64,000 bases of DNA. It comes from Planctomycetaceae bacterium (GTDB taxonomy: Bacteria; Planctomycetota; Planctomycetia; Planctomycetales; Planctomycetaceae). The translations under genes were made by a program, and so were the position numbers. The notes below the pieces were generated by a model, which was not told where the DNA came from, did not search any database, and worked only from the letters and a program-made list of their open reading frames with translations. Of this stretch, positions 18,369 through 27,568 are shown one piece after another. The stretch lies in assembly GCA_046075365.1 (NCBI GenBank), contig JBJTPZ010000271.1, positions 811 to 64,810 on the forward strand, read 5' to 3'. Within the stretch, counting starts at the first letter, position 1; every line of letters starts with the position of its first letter.

Positions 18369-19766
18369 TCAATTGTCCCCACGACGCTTCCCGCGACGAC
18401 GACCACTCCCCTCACCAAGTGACGAACGCCGCCGCAGCATGTGATGGTAATGCTGAGCAAAACGGTGAGCCTCATCGCGAATGTACTGCAACAGCCGCAA
18501 TGCCCACGAATGACGACTCAGCCGATGCGGCTCAGACTCACCCGGCACATAAATTTCCTCCTCACGCTTCGCCAGTGAGACCGTTGGCGGAGGAGAAATT
18601 CCCAGCAGCCCAAATGTTTCCATCACAGCGTTCAGTTGCCCCTTGCCGCCGTCAATCAGCAACAGATCCGGAAATGCCTCGCCTTCCTCACTCAAACGGG
18701 AAAATCTGCGAGTAATCACCTCACGCATCGAAGCAAAATCATCCACACCCTCAACCGTCTGAATCCGAAACTTGCGATAACCAGGCTTGAATGGCAAACC
18801 ATCGATAAACTGCACCAGACTGGCCACCGTTTCGCTGCCCTGCAAATGAGCAATGTCCAGACCTTCGATCCGACGAGGTATCTCAGACAGACCCAGCAGC
18901 TTCCGCAATCCCTCAAGCCCCTTGCGAGGATCCGTGTAGAAGACCTCAGGCTGGGCGTGACTCTCCAGATCACCACGCAGATTCAAACTCTCCAGTGACT
19001 GTATCTCGTCCCGAATTCTCGCTGCCTTCTCAAAACGCAGCTCACGAGAAGCCTGCTTCATCGACTCCTCCATCTCCTTCAGCAACGCCCGTCGGCCACC
19101 ATCCAGAAATAACCGCAAACGCCGAATGTCCTCCCGGTACTCCTCACGACTGATTCGCAAATTGCAGGGAGCCGTACATTGATTAATACTGGCCAGCAAA
19201 CACGGCCTGAACCAGCGCCAACGCTCGTCCTGCTCGTCAATGTCCAGAGAACACGTCCGAAAACGAAAAATCTTCTGCAGCACCGCTATCGTGCCACGCA
19301 ACTGACCGGCACTGGTAAACGGACCATAAAGCCGAACACCAGAACTCTCCGGCTGTCGAGTAAACTCGACACGAGGAAAATCCTCACGCGTCGTTATCTG
19401 CAAATACGGGAATGTCTTGTCATCCTTCAACAGTGAATTGAAACGAGGCTGAATGTCCTTGATCAGCCGAGCCTCCATCAGCAGAGCATCCACCTCACTC
19501 TCCGCTTCAATGAAGTCCACATCACGAATCTCAGGAACAAGATCGGCCGTCCGACGATCCACCTCCGCTGCAGCCGTGAAATAACTGGAAGCACGATTTC
19601 GCAGATTTACCGCCTTCCCAACGTAAATCACACGGCCCTCGCCGTCCTTCATCAAATACACACCCGGACCAGTCGGAAAGCGACGGACCTTCTGCCGCGG
19701 AGTCAGGACGTTACCGTCTTCTGCTTCCTCGTCACTCGACTGATCATTAGCCCCGTCTGCTGCCAT
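18369..19766 (-). CDS. uvrC: Excinuclease ABC subunit C, lacking the C-terminal (HhH)2 domain
   Basis: GIY-YIG (GPGVYLMKDGEGRVIYVGKAVNLRNRASSYF), UVR motif (RFEKAARIRDEIQSLESL), and RNaseH-like endonuclease domain (GLDIAHLQGSE, LLLIDGGKGQL, IRDEAHRFA). It ends in a short basic tail, SGRRRGKRRGDN. Start taken at Met 19766, because the 102 upstream ORF codons look non-coding. Confidence 0.88.
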   Translation of the reverse strand: MAADGANDQSSDEEAEDGNVLTPRQKVRRFPTGPGVYLMKDGEGRVIYVGKAVNLRNRASSYFTAAAEVDRRTADLVPEIRDVDFIEAESEVDALLMEARLIKDIQPRFNSLLKDDKTFPYLQITTREDFPRVEFTRQPESSGVRLYGPFTSAGQLRGTIAVLQKIFRFRTCSLDIDEQDERWRWFRPCLLASINQCTAPCNLRISREEYREDIRRLRLFLDGGRRALLKEMEESMKQASRELRFEKAARIRDEIQSLESLNLRGDLESHAQPEVFYTDPRKGLEGLRKLLGLSEIPRRIEGLDIAHLQGSETVASLVQFIDGLPFKPGYRKFRIQTVEGVDDFASMREVITRRFSRLSEEGEAFPDLLLIDGGKGQLNAVMETFGLLGISPPPTVSLAKREEEIYVPGESEPHRLSRHSWALRLLQYIRDEAHRFAQHYHHMLRRRSSLGEGSGRRRGKRRGDN

Positions 19767-20072
19767 ACACTGAATTTCCGTCCAGTAAACCCACACCAAA
19801 AGACATCGGCGAAAGTCGCCCTCTTTCGGGTCAGGGCGAGGCATTTTCCGGAGTATTGTAGCGAGACTTTCAGGGTGGTGGCGGGATTCCTGCAGATATC
19901 GGGCACGCCCCCACCAAAACTGAAAGTGATCGTTTTTCGCCTCGGTGGATGTTGAATTTGTGCCCGTTTCCCGTAGTTTAATCACTGTTGACTGTCGCCG
20001 GAACGGGGGGTTTCGGCGGAACAGGTTCAAGTTCTGCTGATAAAGCTGATGGAATTCGAAAGGCTGGGTCAC

Positions 20073-20414
20073 ATGAAAATGATGCGTTCTCTTGCTGCAC
20101 TGGTGCTGCTGGCCGGTGTGTCTGTTACTCTGGGCTGCAACGGTGGCGAATCTACCGGTGCCGCCGGTGGCGGTGCTTCCGCTGGTTCAGGCGTTGCTGG
20201 CGGCGCGCCCGCTGCTCCCGCTGAAACCCCGGCTGCTCCAGCCGACGCCGCTGCTCCGGCTGATGCCGCTGCTCCAGCCGCTGCACCTGCAGAAGGTGAA
20301 AAACCAGCTGACGCTGCTCCCGCAGAAGGTGAAAAGCCTGCGGACGCTGCTGCTCCTGCTGCTGCCCCTGCAGAAACCCCGGCCCCGGCTGCTGATGCAC
20401 CCAAGGCCGAATGA
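20073..20414 (+). CDS. Ala/Pro-rich low-complexity lipoprotein
   Basis: Signal plus lipobox MKMMRSLAALVLLAGVSVTLGC. The remainder is A/P/E/G/K low complexity with an internal duplicated PAEGEKPADAA unit. Confidence 0.6.
   Translation: MKMMRSLAALVLLAGVSVTLGCNGGESTGAAGGGASAGSGVAGGAPAAPAETPAAPADAAAPADAAAPAAAPAEGEKPADAAPAEGEKPADAAAPAAAPAETPAPAADAPKAE
20286..20351 (+). repeat. In-frame 33-bp tandem duplication (x2) inside the lipoprotein gene
   Basis: cctgcagaaggtgaaaaaccagctgacgctgct / cccgcagaaggtgaaaagcctgcggacgctgct. Both copies encode PAEGEKPADAA. Confidence 0.85.
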
Positions 20415-20438
20415 TTCACAACTCGCTGAACTCAACAG

Positions 20439-20476
20439 AAAAGCCCGGCTGCTAAAACAGCCGGGCTTTTTTGTTT
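20439..20476. terminator. Bidirectional rho-independent terminator between the lipoprotein gene (+) and topA (-)
   Basis: Perfect 13-bp stem AAAAGCCCGGCTG / CAGCCGGGCTTTT with loop CTAAAA. It is flanked by A-runs and T-runs, so both strands read hairpin plus U-tract. Confidence 0.85.
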
Positions 20477-20508
20477 GCAACACCCGCTCGACAGCAAACC
20501 CCGCAGAA

Positions 20509-23199
20509 TCACTCCGATCGACTGCGTTTCTTCACGCCTTTGCTGGCCGCTTTGCGAACCGCTTTCGCGGACGCTTTCTTCGCAGCTTTTTTGGTGCCGC
20601 GAGACGCACTGCCTCGACGGCCACCGGCTTTGCCACCACTGGCAGCCTTCGCCGCCAGCAACTGCAGCGCCTGCTCAATCGTCACTGATCCCGGATCCGT
20701 CTCCTTCGGCAAAGTGGCGTTGACCGAGCCATGCTTCACATACGGACCGTATCGCCCCTCGAAAATCTGCACCGGAGCCTGATCCTCCGGATGCGGCCCC
20801 AGTTCCTTCAGAGCCACCGGAGCCGATTTGCGGCGAGTGTTACGCAACATCTCAACTGCCACATCCATGGGCACGTTCAGAACATTATATGTCTCACCGT
20901 CGTGCTCAAACTGATGCGTCTTGCGATCGAACCCGGCAAACACTTTGTCATGAGTCACATACGGGCCAAACATCCCGATTCCCGCATTGACAACTTTTCC
21001 CGTTAACGGATGCTTGCCCAGCTGACGGGGTAAAGCCAGAAGCTCCAGCGCAACAGGCAGGTCCAGACTGTCCGTGCTGATGAAGTTCGGCACACTGCAG
21101 TACTTCGGCTTCTTGCCGTCCTCTGTCACTTCTCCCAGCTGCAGATAAGGGCCCCGCGGTCCTCGCTTCAGATAAATCGGCAGTCCCTCCTCAGGGTGCA
21201 TGCCAATTGCTGTCGGCCCGCGCTGCTTCTCATCCAGCAGCCGATCAGCCACTTCATTCGTGATTTCTCCCGGAGCAATCGTGTCAGGAATCGATGCCGT
21301 CAGCTTCTCTTCACCCCGAGTTTTTTCGAAGTACGGGCCATACCGCCCCACACGCACCGCAGCATCCAGCCCGTCAATCGACAGAGTACAGGCTTCACGA
21401 GGATCAATATCCCCGTCACGAAGCTTTACCTGCTCGTCCAAACCCTCTCGCCCGTTGTAAAACTCTCGCAGATACGGCAGCCGCTCTGCCGATCCCGTCG
21501 CAATGTCGTCCAGCTTCTGCTCCATCTGCGCCGTGAAACCCAGATCGACCAGGCGAGGAAAATAATTCTCGAGCAGTCGAGTCACTGCCATGGCAGTAAA
21601 CGTCGGGATCAGCTGGTTGCCGTTTTTCCTCACATAACCACGATCCACAATCGTGCTGAGAATACTGGCATAGGTACTGGGACGACCAATTCCCTCAGAT
21701 TCCAGTGTTCGGACAAGCGTCGCTTCCGTATAGCGAGCGGGCGGCTTGGTCTCGTGCGCGTTCGCCTCTGCCTGCTGCAGATTCAATCGGTCTTTCTCAC
21801 TCATCGAGGGCAGGGTGGAATCCTGATCCTCAATCGCTGCATCAGGATCGTCACTCCCTTCCACGTACGCTCGAAAAAAGCCCGGAAATTCCACCGTTCT
21901 GCCCGTTGCCCGAAACTCGGCATCGCCAGCAGTGATCGTCACGGTGTCAAAACGAAGCAGCGCGTCAGCCATCTGAGTGGCCATCGTGCGTTTCCAGATC
22001 ATCTGATACAACCGGGACTCCGGACCCGACAGCCCCAGCTCTTCTGCCGTCCGCATCTCTGTCCCGGCCGGACGAATCGCTTCGTGCGCCTCCTGAGCCC
22101 CCTTGGTCTTCGTAGAAAACTGACGCGGCTCAGGGCTCAGATAACTGCGACCATACAGATCATCAACTCGACCACGAGCAGCACGAATCGCCTCACCACT
22201 GAGATTCACACTGTCCGTTCGCATGTAAGTAATGTGGCCCTCTTCGTACAGACGCTGAGCGATCTGCATCGTTTGTCGAGCCGACAGACCCAGCTTCCGA
22301 TTCGACTCCTGCTGCAGTGTGCTGGTGGTAAAGGGCGGATACGGACGACGCACCTGCTGCTTCTGATCAATTGCAGAGACCAGCCACGGCAGAGTCTCAA
22401 TCTTCTGCACGGTGGCTCGAGCCTGCTCTTCCGACAGCAGCAGCACATCCGCACCAACCTTCAGCCGTCCAGTCTGCTCGTCAAAATCACGACCGGACGC
22501 TATCCGACGGCCACCCAGCGACTGCAGCACAGCCTCGAAAGGAACCCCCGATGCAGCCGTCAGCCGAGCCTTGATGTCCCAGAATCGACCACTGCGAAAC
22601 TTCATTCGCTCAATTTCTCGATTCACCAGCAGGCGAACTGCAACGCTCTGAACGCGACCGGCTGAAAGTCCGCGAGCTATCTTCTTCCAGAGCAGGGGAC
22701 TCAGAGTGTAACCGTACAGCCGGTCGACAACACGCCGCGTCTCCTGAGCCTGCACCAGGTTCTCATCAACCTGCCTCGTGTTGCGAATGGCCTCCAAAAT
22801 AGCCGGTTTTGTGATTTCCGAGAATGTCATGCGGCTGACCGGCACCGACGGCTTCAGCACCTGCACCAAATGCCAGCCAATACTCTCGCCCTCGCGGTCC
22901 TCGTCAGTCGCCAGCACAAGCTCGCTGACCTTTTTCAGTCCGTCCTTCAGCTCCGTGATCAGTTTTTTCTTCTCTGCCGGAACGACATACAGGGGATCAA
23001 AATCGTCACCAACGTTCACGCCAAGAGTCGACCAGGACTCTTTTTTGAGCGCAGGAGGTATCTCGGCGGCACTGGACGGCAGATCACGGATGTGACCCAT
23101 ACTGGCCCGAACGATGTAGTCATCGCCCAGAAATCCCGCAATTTTCTTTGCTTTTGCCGGTGACTCAACAATCACCAGAGCTTTCTTAAGAGCAGCCAT
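20509..23199 (-). CDS. topA: DNA topoisomerase I
   Basis: Toprim start ALVIVESPAKAKKIAGFLG, ATDEDREGE, and active-site Tyr in GHITYMRTDS. C-terminal non-zinc repeats (GRYGPYFEK, GMFGPYVTH, GRYGPYVKH) and a Lys-rich tail. Start taken at MAALKK (23199). Confidence 0.95.
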   Translation of the reverse strand: MAALKKALVIVESPAKAKKIAGFLGDDYIVRASMGHIRDLPSSAAEIPPALKKESWSTLGVNVGDDFDPLYVVPAEKKKLITELKDGLKKVSELVLATDEDREGESIGWHLVQVLKPSVPVSRMTFSEITKPAILEAIRNTRQVDENLVQAQETRRVVDRLYGYTLSPLLWKKIARGLSAGRVQSVAVRLLVNREIERMKFRSGRFWDIKARLTAASGVPFEAVLQSLGGRRIASGRDFDEQTGRLKVGADVLLLSEEQARATVQKIETLPWLVSAIDQKQQVRRPYPPFTTSTLQQESNRKLGLSARQTMQIAQRLYEEGHITYMRTDSVNLSGEAIRAARGRVDDLYGRSYLSPEPRQFSTKTKGAQEAHEAIRPAGTEMRTAEELGLSGPESRLYQMIWKRTMATQMADALLRFDTVTITAGDAEFRATGRTVEFPGFFRAYVEGSDDPDAAIEDQDSTLPSMSEKDRLNLQQAEANAHETKPPARYTEATLVRTLESEGIGRPSTYASILSTIVDRGYVRKNGNQLIPTFTAMAVTRLLENYFPRLVDLGFTAQMEQKLDDIATGSAERLPYLREFYNGREGLDEQVKLRDGDIDPREACTLSIDGLDAAVRVGRYGPYFEKTRGEEKLTASIPDTIAPGEITNEVADRLLDEKQRGPTAIGMHPEEGLPIYLKRGPRGPYLQLGEVTEDGKKPKYCSVPNFISTDSLDLPVALELLALPRQLGKHPLTGKVVNAGIGMFGPYVTHDKVFAGFDRKTHQFEHDGETYNVLNVPMDVAVEMLRNTRRKSAPVALKELGPHPEDQAPVQIFEGRYGPYVKHGSVNATLPKETDPGSVTIEQALQLLAAKAASGGKAGGRRGSASRGTKKAAKKASAKAVRKAASKGVKKRSRSE

Positions 23200-23437
23200 G
23201 AACGATCTGTTTCTGAAAAGCCGGTCAGACCGGCATGAGTACATCCCTCAGCGAATTCCGCTACAACAAAGCCGGAACGGCATCGGATTTCAACACATTC
23301 GAGCGATTTGCACCACTTTCCGGGAAAATCGAGAAAACGAGGGCCGGTCAGGCTGACAGAGTCCCGCAACCCCACCTCCCAGCGCATACTGCAGGTTTAC
23401 TCAGCAGAAACCGCAGGCTGGGAAACTCTGGTTGACC

Positions 23438-23465
23438 TTGCCTCGGCACTGCCGACGGCTAGAAT
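23438..23465 (+). promoter_or_regulatory. Putative promoter for the PpiD-like gene
   Basis: TTGCCT, a 16-nt spacer, then TAGAAT, about 130 nt upstream of ATG 23598. Confidence 0.25.
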
Positions 23466-23597
23466 CCACCCTTTCGTTTTTTGTTCACCCGAGGCAATGC
23501 CTCCCGCGTCAATGAAATAAATAATCGTCCAGACTTCTGTCAAGTCAGTCGGCCTGCCAACGATTTTTGAACACCCGGCTTCAAAGAGTTTTTACTC

Positions 23598-26246
23598 ATG
23601 AGCACTCCGTTCACGTTTTTCCGTCGCCACCAGCAGATCACCATGGTCAGCATCGTGATCCTTTCGATGGTGGCCTTCACCATCAGCGACATGATGTCCA
23701 ATCAGGCAAATCACTTTGTCATGCTGGGCGTCCTGCTGGGCGGAATCATCCTCGGTTTCTCCGGCATCCGCCAGGGACGCTGGCTGCAGTATGGCATCGG
23801 TGGTGCTGTTCTCGGTGGAATCGCCGGCTGGCTCATCCCCGGATCCATCTCCTCAACCGCAGGCTTCTACCAGGATTCCGCAATCGGCGCCTTCGATGAC
23901 CAGCGGATCCAGGAAACTGCCACTCGCCGCAGCATCTGCAATGCCTTCATGGCACAGGCCTTCAGCAAAGTCTACGGCCCAGGCACCGAACGGTTTGCAC
24001 CACAGTTCCGCTACTACACCACTCTGCAGGAAGACGCAATCTTCGGTGAACTGCTCAAAGCTGAAGCCGACCAGATGCAGATCGTCGTGACTGACGAAAT
24101 GGTGTCAGACTTCATCAATCAGGCCGTCGATGGTCGCCTGTCAGGGAAAGCCTTTGCTGAAATCCGCACCGGACTCAACGTCGGTGGCATGGCAGTCACT
24201 GAAAATCAACTGTTCGATGCGTTCCGCCATGAAATCGCAGCACGCCTCGCCTTCACACAGCTGTCGCCCTCTGCTGCCGCTGTCGCTCAGCCACCCGGCC
24301 TGTACTACGACATGTTCCGCAGAACCCAGGTACGCCAGCGACTGAACGCCGTGCGGCTGGATGTCGATGCCTTCCTCACAAAAGTTCCAGATCCAGCTCA
24401 GGCGGAAATCGAAACGGCTTTCGCACAGTATGCCAAAAAATTTCCCGGCATGGACGGACCAGGATCCCCCGGTTTCCGCCAGCGCAACAAAGCCTCTCTC
24501 GCCTGGCTGGAACTCTCCTGGAAATCCGCCCAGGACAGCACCCCCGTACCAACCGATGCAGAAATCGAAACCTTCTACAACGAAAAGAAAGATACGTTCT
24601 ACCGGAAAGAACCGGAAGAAAAGCCAGCAGATCAGCCTTCTGCCCCAGACACCACTCCCGCAGATCCAGCGGCTCCCGCAGATCCAGCTGCACCTGTAAC
24701 ACCGGATCCAGCTGCACCCAAAGCTGATGCACCGGCACCGGATGCTCCGACACCTGATGCACCCAAAACCGAGTCGCCGGCCCCGGATGCCGCCCCCGCA
24801 CCTCCTGCCGAGGCAGAACCCAAAGCCGAAGCAGCTCCGCAGCCAGATGCTCCCAGTGCACCTCCTGAAGGCAACTGCCTTCCATTCCAGGATGAAACCT
24901 CCAAACCCGCTGAATCGTCCCCTGCCGCTCCAACAGAGCCGGCCCCCGCTCCAGCACAGACGGCCCCCGCTCCAGCACAGACGGCCCCGGCTCCAGCAGA
25001 GCCGGCACCCGCTCCAGCACAGACGGAAACTCCGGCACAGCCGGCTGACGCCACTGCACAACCTCCGGCAACCGGCGGAACTGATCCGGTCCCGTTCGTG
25101 ATTCCACCCGTGGAATATCGCCCGCTGGACGACGATCTGAAATCCGAAATTCGCGATCAGCTGCACGAAGAACGCATTCGTAAGGCAATCGACGAAAAGA
25201 TGGATGCGGTCATGAGTGGCCTGCGCGAGATCGAACGCAAACGGTCAGCAGCGCGTCGCCAGGTAGTCGACAAGAATCCTTCCCTCACCTCCGAACAGAT
25301 CGCCGGAGAAATGAAGGACGTCCACCAGACGCTCCTCAATGAAATGAAGCAGCTCGGTGAAAAACTGGGACTCAGCTTTGTTCGCACCGGTCTGCTCAAC
25401 CGCATGGACCTGGCAGCCGATGATCAGGCTTCAGTCGGTCAGGCCCTGGGTTACACCAGCGGTGCACCCGTTGCTGATGAAGTGTTCTCCCGATTCCCTC
25501 AGCGAGACCAGTGGGAAGATGCCAACCTCTTCGCCAGCGATCGTGCTGTCCGAAATCAGTTCGATCTGTCGGGAAATGAATCCCACTACGCCTGGTGGAT
25601 TACAGAATTTTCTCCGGCACATATTCCTGCCCTCGAAGATCAGGGCATCCGCGAAGAAGTGATTCTGACACTCAAGCGTCAGCAGGCTCGCAAGCTGGCA
25701 GAAGAACGTGCCAGGACGCTGGCCAAACTGGTCACCGACGGGCTCGCACTTCCCGAAGCTGAACGCAAAGCCATCACTGACAGCCTCCAGGGCCAGACGG
25801 TGCTTGGCGATACCGACTCCGCCGCCCTCACAGTGCGACAGACGCAGCTGTTCTCATGGCTGGAACAGGAATCCGCACCTGCCATGAGCTTCCAGCAACC
25901 GCAATTGCGACTGGGCACCATCAACTGGTCAGATGAGTCCGGTGGTGTGCTGAAAGGTGCTGGCGATCGGTTCATGAAAGCTGTCTTTGATGACCTGGGA
26001 CCTGACCAGGCCGGTGTTGTTGCTGACGATGAACTGAAAAGTTATTACGTCGTGCAGGTAACTGACCGAATCGGAGACGAAGCAGTGCTGCAGCAGTTGT
26101 TCCTCACCGAAGGTAAACAGTTCGGCTTCCGCAGTGGCGAAATCTCCGGACTGGTCAGTGGCCTGATCGCTCGGCCGGTAATGAACGACTGGCGGAATAC
26201 GATCTGGCTGAAGTACGGAATCGACCTGGCACAGATGGAAGAATAA
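23598..26246 (+). CDS. Membrane-anchored periplasmic chaperone-like protein (PpiD / SurA-N-like) with a ~160-aa Pro/Ala-rich insert
   Basis: N-terminus MSTPFTFFRRHQQITMVSIVILSMVAFTISD is the FFRRHQ-plus-single-TM start I associate with PpiD-type proteins. A long helical periplasmic region follows. I see no clear parvulin motif. The central insert is PADPAAPADPAAP...APAPAQTAPAPAQT. Family assignment is tentative. Confidence 0.45.
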   Translation: MSTPFTFFRRHQQITMVSIVILSMVAFTISDMMSNQANHFVMLGVLLGGIILGFSGIRQGRWLQYGIGGAVLGGIAGWLIPGSISSTAGFYQDSAIGAFDDQRIQETATRRSICNAFMAQAFSKVYGPGTERFAPQFRYYTTLQEDAIFGELLKAEADQMQIVVTDEMVSDFINQAVDGRLSGKAFAEIRTGLNVGGMAVTENQLFDAFRHEIAARLAFTQLSPSAAAVAQPPGLYYDMFRRTQVRQRLNAVRLDVDAFLTKVPDPAQAEIETAFAQYAKKFPGMDGPGSPGFRQRNKASLAWLELSWKSAQDSTPVPTDAEIETFYNEKKDTFYRKEPEEKPADQPSAPDTTPADPAAPADPAAPVTPDPAAPKADAPAPDAPTPDAPKTESPAPDAAPAPPAEAEPKAEAAPQPDAPSAPPEGNCLPFQDETSKPAESSPAAPTEPAPAPAQTAPAPAQTAPAPAEPAPAPAQTETPAQPADATAQPPATGGTDPVPFVIPPVEYRPLDDDLKSEIRDQLHEERIRKAIDEKMDAVMSGLREIERKRSAARRQVVDKNPSLTSEQIAGEMKDVHQTLLNEMKQLGEKLGLSFVRTGLLNRMDLAADDQASVGQALGYTSGAPVADEVFSRFPQRDQWEDANLFASDRAVRNQFDLSGNESHYAWWITEFSPAHIPALEDQGIREEVILTLKRQQARKLAEERARTLAKLVTDGLALPEAERKAITDSLQGQTVLGDTDSAALTVRQTQLFSWLEQESAPAMSFQQPQLRLGTINWSDESGGVLKGAGDRFMKAVFDDLGPDQAGVVADDELKSYYVVQVTDRIGDEAVLQQLFLTEGKQFGFRSGEISGLVSGLIARPVMNDWRNTIWLKYGIDLAQMEE
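24942..25025 (+). repeat. In-frame 21-bp tandem repeat (x4) encoding APAPAQT-like units
   Basis: gcccccgctccagcacagacg occurs twice exactly, followed by two diverged copies (gccccggctccagcagagccg, gcacccgctccagcacagacg). Confidence 0.85.
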
Positions 26247-26274
26247 GCAGCCACCCGTCACTCCTGACTCACCG

Positions 26275-26302
26275 GGCCACCACACCAGTGGTGGCCTTTT
26301 TT
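26275..26302 (+). terminator. Rho-independent terminator after the PpiD-like gene
   Basis: Stem GGCCACCAC / GTGGTGGCC (9 bp), loop ACCA, then TTTTTT. Confidence 0.8.
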
Positions 26303-26306
26303 GTCG

Positions 26307-27365
26307 TCAGCGAGCCGATGTGGGCCCCAGCCGCATCGCGCGGGCAAGATCATCAAACAGCGAGTCAAGTACCAGGCGGACCGGCGAGTTGGCGTCAACG
26401 TGCAATATCGCCTGCAGAATCCTGTCGACCAGCCCTGCCAGCAGATCAGACGCACATCTTAGCCCCATCCGCTGCAATAAAGGATCTCCCAGATCCCCCC
26501 CGGTAATCCGACGCAGCTTCAAGCGGACAGCATCAGCAAGGAAACTGAGCAGCCAGCGAGCATTCTGACGCTGATCCTCGGCACTTGACGAGATTTTTTC
26601 AATACGATCCGCAATCTGCCGGGCAACCTCCTGTGGCCGCATCGCTTCAAATGCTGCAAATTCGCGTCCCACAAGATCACGCAGCTCACGCAATTCAGGA
26701 TTCAGCAGCTGTTCCGCCTGAGTCATGCTGCCATCTGCCAGCAGCGCCGCCGCTCGAGCTTCCTCGAGGTTGGGAGCCAGCTCCTTCTCCAGCAGCAACT
26801 GCTCCAGATCTTCCTGCACCAGCGGAAAAAAACGAATGAGCTGACAGCGCGAACGAATGGTCGGCAACAAAGCTTCCGGACTGTCACTAATCAACAGGAT
26901 CAATGCATTTGCCGGAGGTTCCTCAAGAGTTTTCAGCAGCGCATTGCCTCCGTCCAGATTCATCCGCTGGGCGTCATCAATCACAGCAATTCGACGATTG
27001 GATGCCAGCGGCGCCGAGGACAGCTCGTAACACAGCCCTTCGCGACCGCGTTTTTCCACCGATCCCAGAATCAGCTCCAGCGGAATCTCAGTCTTGCCGT
27101 CCGGAAGTCCGATTTCAAAATAATCCGGCCAGTTGCCAGATTCAAAACTGCGACAGTTTCGGCAGGCACCACAAGCCTCAAGGTGCTGTTCGGTCGTTTC
27201 CTGGCAGAACAGAGACTGTGCCAGCAGACGGGCAAATGTCCGCTTTCCAATGCCATCCGGACCGGCCAGAACATAGGCATGTGACAGCCGGTGATTCCGC
27301 ATCGAGCGTTCAAAAAGTGCTCGCTGCTCCTGATGACCACGCAGTCTGGTCCATGCTGAAGGCAT
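26307..27365 (-). CDS. holB: DNA polymerase III delta-prime subunit
   Basis: RLSHAYVLAGPDGIGKRTFARLLAQSLFC, zinc module CGACRNCRSFESGNWPDY, IAVIDDAQRMN, LKTLEEPP and SRCQ sensor motif. Start taken at MPSAWTRLRGHQ (27365). Confidence 0.85.
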   Translation of the reverse strand: MPSAWTRLRGHQEQRALFERSMRNHRLSHAYVLAGPDGIGKRTFARLLAQSLFCQETTEQHLEACGACRNCRSFESGNWPDYFEIGLPDGKTEIPLELILGSVEKRGREGLCYELSSAPLASNRRIAVIDDAQRMNLDGGNALLKTLEEPPANALILLISDSPEALLPTIRSRCQLIRFFPLVQEDLEQLLLEKELAPNLEEARAAALLADGSMTQAEQLLNPELRELRDLVGREFAAFEAMRPQEVARQIADRIEKISSSAEDQRQNARWLLSFLADAVRLKLRRITGGDLGDPLLQRMGLRCASDLLAGLVDRILQAILHVDANSPVRLVLDSLFDDLARAMRLGPTSAR

Positions 27366-27568
27366 AACAGAAATCCACGAAGAAACTTTCCGCAAACTGA
27401 AACTCTGACTGAGTATACCAGGCCGGAAGTCAGAATGCATTAATGCGGCGGAAACAAGGGAATAGTCCGCCGCTCTGATCACCTCCCGTTTTATCTGGGA
27501 ATCTGGGCAGCGGGTCGGTAGACTGTGTCAGGTTCTTCTCACCAGCCCGCCTCCATGGGACTTACGCC

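Noticed and set aside
21196-22665. A 489-aa plus-strand ORF antisense to topA.
   Set aside because: It lies wholly inside a topoisomerase I gene with clear motifs. Its translation is Arg/Ser/Leu/Gln-rich low-information sequence, as expected from the antisense frame of a GC-biased gene, and I recognise no motifs in it.
24141-25188. Two long minus-strand ORFs (341 and 270 aa) over the Pro/Ala-rich part of the PpiD-like gene.
   Set aside because: Low-complexity GC-rich repeats are free of stop codons in several frames. The translations are Trp/Arg/Cys/Gly or Arg/Pro repeats with no plausible fold.
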